Source of the DNA: Leptolyngbyaceae cyanobacterium | Lineage (GTDB): Bacteria; Cyanobacteriota; Cyanobacteriia; Phormidesmidales; Phormidesmidaceae | Length of the DNA stretch: 64,000 nt | Direction: 5' to 3' | NCBI GenBank assembly: GCA_965263355.1 | Contig: CBDHHL010000032.1 | Coordinates: 2,592,001-2,656,000, forward strand | Program-made: the position numbers and the translations under genes | In this document: one piece after another, positions 27,727 to 36,999 of the stretch | How the letters are laid out: each line of letters starts with the position of its first letter | Position numbering within the stretch: the stretch's first letter is position 1 | Notes under the pieces: model-generated | The model's database searches: none | Seen by the model: the letters and a program-made list of their open reading frames with translations, nothing else | Told to the model about the DNA's origin: nothing

Positions 27727-27928
27727 CTCACAACGTTGGCATTAAACATGCAGCACTGATGTCAGTTATACTTTATGAACTACCTCTAAGAATTAATTAC
27801 TGGTGGTGAATTTACTGTAATCAGAATTAAACCTTAAAAAATAGACTTCTTAAAAAATAGACTTATAGACAGGTCAAAAATTATATCTTGCAATACAAAA
27901 ACATAGATAAGTTTGAGGCAATAGCACT

Positions 27929-28324
27929 ATGCCCTTTTTGAGTGAGGCAATGACTTGGAGTGGTCAAGGCTTAAGCTGTAAAGCCTGGGGTACTTTTGCG
28001 GCGATCGCATCTATCCTCATAGTCACCCCTAGCCAGGCCCAATTGACCGCAACCGAGAGGGCTGAGATCGAGCAATTTTATCTCGATGCCTATTCTATTG
28101 GAGATGCTACCTTTTCAGCCTATGAAGACCCTGCAGCAGATAACGCAGCTATCTTCGAGCAATGTCTGCAGCAGGTCAATGCACTGACGGTGCCAGACTA
28201 TATGCTAGCAGCAGCGCAGGAGCATAATTTCAACGACTATGGTGAGTCCGGCTGGGTGGACGCGTTTTGCGATCAAGTTACTCTCAACTACATTTTTTTC
28301 AATACAGGCTCTAAATTTGATTAG
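27929..28324 (+). CDS. Hypothetical secreted protein
   Basis: Hydrophobic stretch ending SQA, then an acidic domain. Confidence 0.6.
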   Translation: MPFLSEAMTWSGQGLSCKAWGTFAAIASILIVTPSQAQLTATERAEIEQFYLDAYSIGDATFSAYEDPAADNAAIFEQCLQQVNALTVPDYMLAAAQEHNFNDYGESGWVDAFCDQVTLNYIFFNTGSKFD

Positions 28325-28506
28325 TGCGTTAAGGTCAGCAAGCGCAGGGTCTGTGAATCACGCACCGCTTTCAAGAGGAATAAGTTAGGTTATGCATGAC
28401 TATGGTCGTCTTTAGGAAATGAGGACATTAGGACAGGTGGAATAAGCCTGTACTTCCCAATATTCTTATCTATACTTAACCAGAATGTTGGCAACGGTAC
28501 AGGTTA

Positions 28507-29283
28507 ATGAACCAAACAATACCAAAGCTAAATATGTCTGGGATTGGATTGCTCAATGAAAAACCGCTCCATGCATCGCTAAAACAATGGTACGCACAGC
28601 CGGGCGATCGATTTGAAGTGGCTGTGGATGGTTTTGTGATTGACATTGTGCGCGATGACCAGCTGTTGGAAATCCAGACGGGGAATTTTGCTGCTATTAA
28701 GTCAAAATTGACGAAACTGGTGCGATCGCATCCCGTCCACATCATCTATCCCATTGCCCAGGAAAAATGGATTGTCAAACTATCAAAAGATATTGATCAG
28801 GCCAACACACGTCGCAAATCCCCCAAAAAAGGACGAGTGGAAGATATATTTTGGGAAATGGTCAGTCTTCCCCAATTTATCTTAAACCGTAATTTTTCCC
28901 TGGAAATATTAATGATCCAAGAAGAAGAAATCAGACGCTTTGAAGAAAAACGACGATGGCGCAGGCATGGATGGTGTACCGAAGAACGTCGCTTGTTAAA
29001 TGTAGTGGATCGACACTTACTAAAGACACCGGCAGACTGGCTGGCCTTTCTCCCAAAAGGTATGGAAACATTTACAACAAAAGATATCGCCAATGTCATG
29101 GGCATTAGGAGAGAGTTGGCCCAAAAAATGGCCTATTCGTTACGAACAGCAAGACTCATTGAGTTGATTGGCAAACGGGGACGAGATAATTTATATCAAT
29201 CTGAGGGTGCCATAACATATGACATATCAATGGAGAACAAGAATGTCTGCAATCAACACAAAATAGATACAACCTGTATGTAA
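28507..29283 (+). CDS. Hypothetical PD-(D/E)XK-like nuclease with possible C-terminal HTH
   Basis: EKPLH...E...ID.....EIQT pattern. Confidence 0.6.
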   Translation: MNQTIPKLNMSGIGLLNEKPLHASLKQWYAQPGDRFEVAVDGFVIDIVRDDQLLEIQTGNFAAIKSKLTKLVRSHPVHIIYPIAQEKWIVKLSKDIDQANTRRKSPKKGRVEDIFWEMVSLPQFILNRNFSLEILMIQEEEIRRFEEKRRWRRHGWCTEERRLLNVVDRHLLKTPADWLAFLPKGMETFTTKDIANVMGIRRELAQKMAYSLRTARLIELIGKRGRDNLYQSEGAITYDISMENKNVCNQHKIDTTCM

Positions 29284-29401
29284 GGTATTCCCCGCTTGAT
29301 GCTTGAGTCTTTAACTGAGCAATGGCACTGAGACTTTTGTCCAAGATATCTTAATTCTAAGATATAGTAATTTTTGTGAGATATCCAATTAAGCAACTAT
29401 T

Positions 29402-29641
29402 ATGTCCACAGCCAATAGAGTATCGGTTTCATTACTCCTACCCCCCGAACTGCTAGAAAAACTACGTCCCTACCAACAAAAGCACGACATTACTTCTGTG
29501 CCTGAGGCTATCCTAACAATTTTGCATAATCATCTAGAGATAGAGGGTAAACCCACACCACCGTTTTCAGATAGCCCGTCTATTTACGATGGTGTTGAAG
29601 ATGGGGCCTGTGAAGTATTAACCGAGTATTTAGGAGCCTAG
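29402..29641 (+). CDS. Small hypothetical protein (RHH-like N-terminus)
   Basis: VSLLLPPELLEKL...EAILTIL. Confidence 0.5.
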   Translation: MSTANRVSVSLLLPPELLEKLRPYQQKHDITSVPEAILTILHNHLEIEGKPTPPFSDSPSIYDGVEDGACEVLTEYLGA

Positions 29642-29667
29642 CAGCGCTAGCCAACAACTATAAAACC

Positions 29668-31185
29668 TTACAACAGGGCCTTCTTATCCAACTTCCCTAA
29701 CGCTGTATAGGGTAACTCCTCACGAAACTCAATTATCCCAGGCATCTGATACCGCGCTACCCTCGGCTTTAACCAATCTCGCAACACTGACGCCTCTAAC
29801 CCACCATTCCTGACCACTACCGCCTTTAACCGTTGGCCAAACTCCTGGTCAGCGATGCCAATAACGACCGCAGCTTCAATCTCTGGATGCTGCAACAAAA
29901 CAGACTCTAACTCAATTGGGTAAACATTTTCACCCCCCGAGACAATCATGTCATCTGAACGACCACAAAGAAAAATATCACCGGCCTCGTCACAATAGGC
30001 CAAATCACCCGTTTCTACCCAATGCTGCCGATTGGTAGACCAGGCACTGCGAATGCACAGCCGACCAATTTTACCCTGACCCTCCGTCATAATTTTTGCA
30101 TGCACCCCCCTGACTGGCTGCCCAATAGACTGGGGTTTCTGGCGCAACAGATCTGGCGTACCCATAATGCAAAACCCAGCTTCTGATGTGCCATACAGGT
30201 TAAACAATGTCGGTCCTAGCTGCTCTAGGGTATCTGTTGCCAGCTCCGATCGCAACAATGCTCCCCCCGTCAGTACCCGCTGCAACGACTGCAGGCTACT
30301 TGCATCATGCCTGAGCATGCGCTGCAACATGAGTGGCACCAGGGTGACTACTTGAATCTTGTTTCTAGCAATTAGCCCACAGGCCTGTTCAGTATTAAAT
30401 CGCTGAGTTACATACAGCTCTGCCCCCAAGGCCACACCAATTAACAATGCCGATAGGCCAAACCCATGGTAGATAGGTGTGGCAATGTATAACGACCGAT
30501 ATCGATCAAGCTGCACCTGACATAATAAGGCAACAAACGGTGGCAAAAACGTCAACAACGATGGCTTACGACTGGCAGGCTTTGGCTGTCCCGTAGTGCC
30601 TCCGGTCATTACCACAATGCGTCCAGGTTTAGTCTTTTTTAGATTGTTCTTCTTTGTACGGCCAGAGGGGGATTCCATCGGTTGAGAAAGCCGATCGATA
30701 GACGATTCTGTTGGATGATATGTGGGCAGAGCGTTATCTTGTAAACCCAGCCGATCGATAGTGCTTTGCTGGTCAGGATCATAAATATAAAAATCAAATT
30801 TCAGCTGGTTTGATAGCGTGACAATCTGTTCTGCACTCATCTCTGGATTGACTAGATAAACATGGGCACCTAACCGAGAGACGGCAAAGATAGCTTTGAT
30901 GGTGGCTGCATGGTTCCGGGTGGCGATCGCAACCCGCTCTGCTTCCCTGACCCCATACTCCTGTCCTAATCCCCTGGCCAACTGTTCACTTTGCTGCCAC
31001 AGTTCCCCATAGCTCAACTGATCTCGCTCATCTACCACTGCCGTTCGCCCAGGATGAAGTTTAGCCGCCAAGCGCAACAGTGCCATCAGGTTTACCCCCG
31101 TTGTCAGTACAGCCTCTAGCAAATAAAAAAGACCTACAGGGGTTAACAAGCGAGTGCGATACAGTTTTCTCAGCAGCGTCATCAT
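29668..31185 (-). CDS. AMP-binding acyl-CoA synthetase
   Basis: TGGTTGQPK, YGTSE, TGD, GRSDDMIVSGGENV and GK motifs. Confidence 0.92.
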   Translation of the reverse strand: MMTLLRKLYRTRLLTPVGLFYLLEAVLTTGVNLMALLRLAAKLHPGRTAVVDERDQLSYGELWQQSEQLARGLGQEYGVREAERVAIATRNHAATIKAIFAVSRLGAHVYLVNPEMSAEQIVTLSNQLKFDFYIYDPDQQSTIDRLGLQDNALPTYHPTESSIDRLSQPMESPSGRTKKNNLKKTKPGRIVVMTGGTTGQPKPASRKPSLLTFLPPFVALLCQVQLDRYRSLYIATPIYHGFGLSALLIGVALGAELYVTQRFNTEQACGLIARNKIQVVTLVPLMLQRMLRHDASSLQSLQRVLTGGALLRSELATDTLEQLGPTLFNLYGTSEAGFCIMGTPDLLRQKPQSIGQPVRGVHAKIMTEGQGKIGRLCIRSAWSTNRQHWVETGDLAYCDEAGDIFLCGRSDDMIVSGGENVYPIELESVLLQHPEIEAAVVIGIADQEFGQRLKAVVVRNGGLEASVLRDWLKPRVARYQMPGIIEFREELPYTALGKLDKKALL

Positions 31186-31195
31186 GGGACTGGTA

Positions 31196-32017
31196 TCAAT
31201 GCTTACGTCCGAGAATCACTTCCCAAGACCAACGACCGATTACGGACGCCAGCTGTCCGGCCATCAACCACCAGGGTGCATAGGTACGCCTGCGGGAAAT
31301 AATTGCCTGACATATTAGCTGGGCTACATGCTCCGGCTGCATCGCTGGCATGTTTTTATAGGCCTTTGTCGGCTCAATCATCCGTGTGCGCACCAGCGGT
31401 AGATAAATCGACGTGGTACTCACACCATGGCTATTCAACTCCAGGCCCACACTACGAAACCATTGATCAAATGCTGTTTTTGATGCTTGATAAGCGGCCC
31501 ACTTCGGCGCAGGAATCAACAGCACATTCACTGCCGAAATATTAATAACCTGCCCCTGACGCTTTACCAGGGTAGGAATTAGCCCCAACATCAGCTGCAC
31601 TGGCCCAAAATAATTCAAATTCATAGTGCGGGTAAAATCATGCATCCGATCTAGGGAATCAAATACCGAACGGCGGATCGATTTGCCCGCATTGCTAACA
31701 AAAATGTCGATTTCTGGCAGCCTCTTGAGCAATGCATCAACTTCAGCTGGATTTCTTAAATCACAGGGAAAAATCTCCGCTCGTCCCCCTTTGGCTTCAA
31801 TCCGCTGTTGTACCTGTTCTAATTTTTCAACGGTGCGGGCCACCAACAGTAAATAGGCCCCTGTTGCTGCCAAATAGTCTGCCAGACTTTCACCAATGCC
31901 ATAGCTGGCTCCAGTAATCAGCACCCGCTTCCCGACTAGTCGTTGTTGCAACTTAGCACGACTAAATCCAAGCCATGGAAAAAAAAGAAACTTCATGCTC
32001 AAATCGCCATAAAACAA
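31196..32017 (-). CDS. SDR oxidoreductase (fatty acyl-CoA reductase-like)
   Basis: TGASYGIG, NAGKSIRRS, YQASK, YLPLVRTRMI; start uncertain. Confidence 0.88.
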   Translation of the reverse strand: MFYGDLSMKFLFFPWLGFSRAKLQQRLVGKRVLITGASYGIGESLADYLAATGAYLLLVARTVEKLEQVQQRIEAKGGRAEIFPCDLRNPAEVDALLKRLPEIDIFVSNAGKSIRRSVFDSLDRMHDFTRTMNLNYFGPVQLMLGLIPTLVKRQGQVINISAVNVLLIPAPKWAAYQASKTAFDQWFRSVGLELNSHGVSTTSIYLPLVRTRMIEPTKAYKNMPAMQPEHVAQLICQAIISRRRTYAPWWLMAGQLASVIGRWSWEVILGRKH

Positions 32018-32127
32018 TAGTGCTCCCGGTGTTTCATCATCTCATCGTCTTCATATTAACTAGTAGTACTGTAGCCAGGTAGAGTGGGCCATACCCACCC
32101 CGCTGGCCTGTGAAAGTTTATGACCGA

Positions 32128-32997
32128 TTAGGTAGAGCGTCCCATAATTACCCAGTAACGATCATGCCAGGTTTTGGTTCCCTGCAGTTTTTGAAACAAC
32201 CGACTCCATTCATGGAAGACAATTTTTACAGGATTATGGGAGCGAACTGGATGGGTTAATCCGTAAATGGGAGGGCGATCGGGATGTTCCGCTGTAAATG
32301 TGCCAAATAAGCGATCGCAAATAATTAACACCCCCCCATAGTTGCGATTAATGTACTCCGGATTAGCCCCATGATGAACTCGATGGTGAGACGGCGTGTT
32401 GAATATCCACTCTAACCACCCCAGTTTTGGAATGAGTTCAGTGTGAATCCAAAATTGATACAGCAAGTTGACGCCTAAACTTGTTGCGATCGCAACAGGA
32501 TGAAACCCCAACCAACAAAGTGGCGCAAAGAACAGAAAATCTCCCGACAACCATCCAGTCCAGCCCAATCGGTATGTGGCAGAGAGGTTGAAATGGGTGG
32601 CGGAGTGATGCACCGCATGGTTAGCCCATAGCCAGGGAACTTGGTGGGCGAGCCGATGATACCAGTAGTAGCAAAATTCAATTCCTAAAAATAGTAAAAG
32701 GACAGTCCATCCATGCTTTAAAGGAATCGTCCATAGACGGTGTTCCCAGATAAATGAGTAAACCCCGATGGGAATTACCCCAAAAATGGATCGAGTGATT
32801 CCATGGCCGACCGCAATACCTAAAGAGGCTAAGCTTTCTCTCCAAGAGGACGTAAACTTCCGATTACGCCGAATTAGCATGGCTTCAATCAAAACAATAA
32901 TCAGCAGGATTGGAAATATAGGCAGGATAAAGTGGTAAGGCAGCATAGCAAATGAACTCAAAATAGTAGGACAAAAATAGGGATGAGAGTCCCCCAT
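32128..32997 (-). CDS. Sterol desaturase/fatty-acid hydroxylase family (alkylglycerol monooxygenase-like)
   Basis: YWYHRLAH, HAVHH, WIHTE, TPSHHRVHH and NYGG motifs; start probably near 32946. Confidence 0.88.
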   Translation of the reverse strand: MGDSHPYFCPTILSSFAMLPYHFILPIFPILLIIVLIEAMLIRRNRKFTSSWRESLASLGIAVGHGITRSIFGVIPIGVYSFIWEHRLWTIPLKHGWTVLLLFLGIEFCYYWYHRLAHQVPWLWANHAVHHSATHFNLSATYRLGWTGWLSGDFLFFAPLCWLGFHPVAIATSLGVNLLYQFWIHTELIPKLGWLEWIFNTPSHHRVHHGANPEYINRNYGGVLIICDRLFGTFTAEHPDRPPIYGLTHPVRSHNPVKIVFHEWSRLFQKLQGTKTWHDRYWVIMGRST

Positions 32998-33047
32998 CCC
33001 ATCCCAGAAATACTTAAAACTAACTACAATCCATTGATTGCTGGTGA

Positions 33048-33398
33048 TTAGCGATAAATTGTACGAGTGGTGGTTTGAGATTGGCCATCAGGCCCTGTAC
33101 GCACTGTGGTTTGCTGACCATCGCCCCCTGAGCGAGTGGTGGTTTGAGATTGGCCATTAGGCCCTGTACGCACTGTAGTTTGCTGACCATCGCCCCCTGA
33201 GCGAGTGGTGGTTTGAGATTGGCCATCAGGCCCTGTACGTACTGTAGTTTGCTGACCATTTCCCCCTGAGCGAGTGGTGGTTTGAGAGTGACCGTTAGGC
33301 CCTGTACGAACCGTGGTTTGTTGGGCAAAGGCAGCTCCGCTTAGACCTAAAAGTGCTAATCCGAGGGCAAAAGAGAAGCTGAGAATTGATTTCTGCAT
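33048..33398 (-). CDS. Small secreted protein of four 23-aa Thr/Gly/Gln repeats
   Basis: RBS AAGGAG before ATG 33398; signal peptide ending AFA; QQTTVRTGP(N/D)GQSQTTTRSGG(D/N)G repeats (69-bp DNA unit). Confidence 0.85.
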   Translation of the reverse strand: MQKSILSFSFALGLALLGLSGAAFAQQTTVRTGPNGHSQTTTRSGGNGQQTTVRTGPDGQSQTTTRSGGDGQQTTVRTGPNGQSQTTTRSGGDGQQTTVRTGPDGQSQTTTRTIYR

Positions 33399-33518
33399 GA
33401 TGTACTCCTTTTTAGATAAGTTGAACCAATTAATCCAGAATATTCTTAGCAACCTTGTTGTCAGGGCAATGTTTTCTGGATGTCTACACAATAAGAGCTG
33501 CAGCAATGTTCCTAATAG

Positions 33519-33553
33519 AGGACAACGTCCTAACATGAAGGGACTAAAGTCCT
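33519..33553. promoter_or_regulatory. Paired inverted repeats, candidate response-regulator sites
   Basis: AGGAC-AAC-GTCCT and GGGAC-TAAA-GTCCT, 21 bp apart in the divergent promoter. Confidence 0.5.
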
Positions 33554-33602
33554 GGGATTTTTAGTACTAGTAGACTGTTAATAGGAAACGTCAGCCATTG
33601 CC

Positions 33603-34808
33603 ATGAGTCTACGTCCCAAGTCTCAATCATTACTACTACGCCTACTCGTGATTCTGGAGTGGGCACTGCTGGGTATCGTTGCGATCGCTCAAATTTTACT
33701 GGCACTGCTTCAGGCAACGCCGATACTATTGCTTATGAATGGTTTAGGCCTGGGCATTTTTGCAATGTTAGGACGGGTCAAGCCTCACAGTAAGCGTTCT
33801 ATAACGATTTATACCCTCATAGAATTTGGGCTTATTTTCTGTCTGGTGTTTTTAGGTAATATTGCCTTACCCAACATGCTATTTATTATCCTGGTAATTC
33901 GTAACTGTCTGTTGTGGGGAGGAACCCAGCGAATCACTGTTACAGGAATAGCTTTCCTAGGGTGTTTTGTTGCTCTAACTTACAACATATTCCATCAGAA
34001 ATTACCCGTATCTATTCTCCCAGAGCAAATTGTGACCGTTTGGGTTGGTGCTGTTTTGACCGTTGGGCTGGTGATTTTATTTCTCCATTTATTAGTCGAT
34101 GCGGCCCTCAAAGAACGTCAGGGACAGGAAAAACTGGCCGTAGCCAATGCTCGGCTACGGCAGTATGCACTACGGGTTGAAGCGTTAGCAACTGCTCAAG
34201 AACGCAATCGCATTGCCCGTGACATTCATGATTCGTTAGGCCACTCTCTAACTGTGTTTGGCATTCATCTGGAAGGAGCGCTGCGCTTATTACAATCTAA
34301 TCCGACAAAAGCAGAAGAACTTTTGTTAGAGATCAAACAGTTAAATACAAGCACTCTAAAGGAGGTACGTGAGTCAATCTCAGCGTTGCGTGCCGATCCT
34401 CTGCAAGAGAGAACGTTGACCGACGCGATCTTCGATTTGATGACAGAGTTTCAGAAATCGACGGGCGTTGTACCAACAGTTAACAACCAGCTAACGACTT
34501 TGCTTTCCCACGATCTGAATGTGGTGATTTACCGAATTGTGCAAGAAAGCTTAACGAATATTCGTAAGTATGCAGCAGCGACGGAGGTAAATATCGCCAT
34601 CGTCCCATCTACTAAGGGTTTGGACCTTACGATCATGGATAATGGAAAAGGGTTTGATCTGACTCAAAATACCACTGGCTTTGGACTTCAGGGCATGCAA
34701 GAACGGGCTTTGGCACTGCTGGGTCAACTAGACATCGTCACAGCCCCCAATCAAGGATGCTGTATAAGGGCTACGTTCCCTCTCTCGGAACGAGTGGACT
34801 ATGGTTAG
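33603..34808 (+). CDS. Membrane sensor histidine kinase (HisKA_3, DesK/NarX-like)
   Basis: ERNRIARDIHDSLGH, QESLTNI, DNGKGF, GFGLQGM. Confidence 0.93.
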   Translation: MSLRPKSQSLLLRLLVILEWALLGIVAIAQILLALLQATPILLLMNGLGLGIFAMLGRVKPHSKRSITIYTLIEFGLIFCLVFLGNIALPNMLFIILVIRNCLLWGGTQRITVTGIAFLGCFVALTYNIFHQKLPVSILPEQIVTVWVGAVLTVGLVILFLHLLVDAALKERQGQEKLAVANARLRQYALRVEALATAQERNRIARDIHDSLGHSLTVFGIHLEGALRLLQSNPTKAEELLLEIKQLNTSTLKEVRESISALRADPLQERTLTDAIFDLMTEFQKSTGVVPTVNNQLTTLLSHDLNVVIYRIVQESLTNIRKYAAATEVNIAIVPSTKGLDLTIMDNGKGFDLTQNTTGFGLQGMQERALALLGQLDIVTAPNQGCCIRATFPLSERVDYG

Positions 34809-34903
34809 CGTTGCAGCTCCCCACCCCAGTATGATTGCATCTGAAAGATAATGGTATATAGCGTATGGTGCAGATTGTTCAGCCTCTAAATCAGTAATGG
34901 CTT

Positions 34904-35548
34904 ATGATTCGCTTACTACTTGTCGATGATCAAGATTTAATCCGCCGGGGCTTAACTGCGTTACTGACCACTGATCCAAACCTGGACGTGGTAGGCGAAG
35001 CAGGGAATGGAGAGGAAGCTGTCACCCTTGTCGCGCAATTAAATCCTGATGTTGTTCTGATGGATGTGCGTATGCCAATCATTGATGGAGTTGCAGGCAC
35101 CCGTCAAATCTGTCAACAGTTTCCTGAGACTAAAGTCTTGATGCTCACCACATTTGATGACCAGGAGTATGTCATGCAGGCACTACAATCCGGGGCCTCG
35201 GGGTATTTACTTAAGGATACTCCCTTTGACGAGTTGACCCAGGCAATAGACCTGGTGCACAAGGGGTATACCCAGATCGGTCCTGGACTGGCGACTAAAG
35301 TGCTAGCCCATTCAACTGTCGTAGCCCAGTCAGTAGATATTGAGCCTTGGTTAGCCCTATCTGAACGGGAAAAGGATATTGTTCGGTTGGTAACTCAGGG
35401 CTATAACAACCGGGAAATTGCCCAATCTCTCCACATTGCAGAAAAGACGGTAAAAAACTACATTACCAATATTTTAAATCAATTAAACTTACGCGATCGC
35501 ACTCAACTTGCGATCGCGTCACTAAAGGCAGGATTTCCAAATCTATAA
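34904..35548 (+). CDS. NarL/LuxR-family response regulator
   Basis: REC domain (VDDQ, LMDVRMP) plus LuxR HTH (LSEREK..EIAQSLHIAEKTVKNY). Confidence 0.95.
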   Translation: MIRLLLVDDQDLIRRGLTALLTTDPNLDVVGEAGNGEEAVTLVAQLNPDVVLMDVRMPIIDGVAGTRQICQQFPETKVLMLTTFDDQEYVMQALQSGASGYLLKDTPFDELTQAIDLVHKGYTQIGPGLATKVLAHSTVVAQSVDIEPWLALSEREKDIVRLVTQGYNNREIAQSLHIAEKTVKNYITNILNQLNLRDRTQLAIASLKAGFPNL

Positions 35549-35820
35549 TTTCAATCAGTCTTAAATCATTTCATAGGAGCAGAAACGGGAAAAAATGCTA
35601 AATAATAGTATTGAATCGCGTTAATTTTTAGAAAATCCAAACATTATGAGAGAAATGAGATTCTGGACCAAGCAAAAAAATACTGTTCTGGCTTACGGCA
35701 TAGGAGCTACAGAAAAATTTGGTACATACTGTAAAGCAATAGCTTGCCATTTTTATGACCTGTCTTTTTAACAGACATCAGCTTAGTCATCAGATCGGTT
35801 AACTTCAGACATGTTTAGCA

Positions 35821-36990
35821 ATGAGAACCCTTTCACATTTAGACATTGAAGAGCAGATTACCGAGACGCTAAGCTACGACTTGACCACTGGCTGGTCAAA
35901 GTCATTTCCAGACTTGGATTCTGAAAATACTCTTATTGTGGTGTTTGCTGCCCATGAATACTGTGATTCACCACAGCCATTAGAAGAACTCTGCAATGCT
36001 TTTCCACAATCGAAGATTATCGGTTGCAGTACGCCAGTTGTGGTCTGCGACGGAGCATTGCTTGAAGGCGCTATTTCCGTAGGCATTATCCGTTTCAAAC
36101 ATACTCAAATTCGACTTTCCTATGCATCAGTCCAAGCATTCGAAGAGTCTCGAACGGCGGGCCAAAACCTTGGTAAACATCTGGCTGATGCTGGTCTTAA
36201 AGGCGTTCTCATTTTTTCAGATGGCGTAACCACAGAAGCAACTGATTTGGTTCGAGGCTTACAGGAAATCTTACCACCGAATGTTACCATTGCTGGCGGT
36301 CTGGCAAGCGGTCACACCCTTGACGATACATGGATACTTTGTGACGGTGAACTAAAACGATTCCACGCATGTGCAGTTGGTTTGATTGGTAATACGGTGG
36401 AACTGACACGGGCAACCGGAGGTGGATGGCGCTTGATTGGGGCAGAATGTAAGGCGACACGAACTTCCGGTAGAACATTATTTGAACTCGATGGTGAACC
36501 CGCTAAAGACGTTTACCAGCGGCAGGTTGGCAGCGACGTAGGATTCGGTTTGCGTAAGTCGGCCACTCGCTACCCCCTGACGGTTCGGTTGCCAAGTCTC
36601 GAAATGCAAATCGTTCGCGATGTCAACAGTATAGATGAAGAATCTGGCGCGATTGAATTGGCTGGCGATATTCCAGAAGGTGTGATAGTTCAAGTTATGA
36701 CCACCACGGAAGACGAAATTCTCGATGGTGTCGACGAAGCGATTGAGCGAATGCGTAGCAAAACGATCTTGCCACAGAACAATGCGCTAGCAGTTTGTGT
36801 CAGCTGCGCTGGTCGACGTACTGTCTTGCTTGAGAAGACGAGTGAAGAAGCGGCTCTTGCTCACGATGGCTTGGGGCATGGGATTCATCAAATCGGGATG
36901 TATGCTTTTGGAGAAATCTCAACCACATCATCGGGTCCACCACATGTTCATAATGAGACCATTACTATAGGTCTAATACGCGAGTATTAG
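35821..36990 (+). CDS. FIST-domain sensor (NosP-like)
   Basis: IIGCST, GGLA, ELDGEPA, SCAGRR, GMYAFGEI and HNET motifs. Confidence 0.88.
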   Translation: MRTLSHLDIEEQITETLSYDLTTGWSKSFPDLDSENTLIVVFAAHEYCDSPQPLEELCNAFPQSKIIGCSTPVVVCDGALLEGAISVGIIRFKHTQIRLSYASVQAFEESRTAGQNLGKHLADAGLKGVLIFSDGVTTEATDLVRGLQEILPPNVTIAGGLASGHTLDDTWILCDGELKRFHACAVGLIGNTVELTRATGGGWRLIGAECKATRTSGRTLFELDGEPAKDVYQRQVGSDVGFGLRKSATRYPLTVRLPSLEMQIVRDVNSIDEESGAIELAGDIPEGVIVQVMTTTEDEILDGVDEAIERMRSKTILPQNNALAVCVSCAGRRTVLLEKTSEEAALAHDGLGHGIHQIGMYAFGEISTTSSGPPHVHNETITIGLIREY

Positions 36991-36999
36991 GGATCGACT

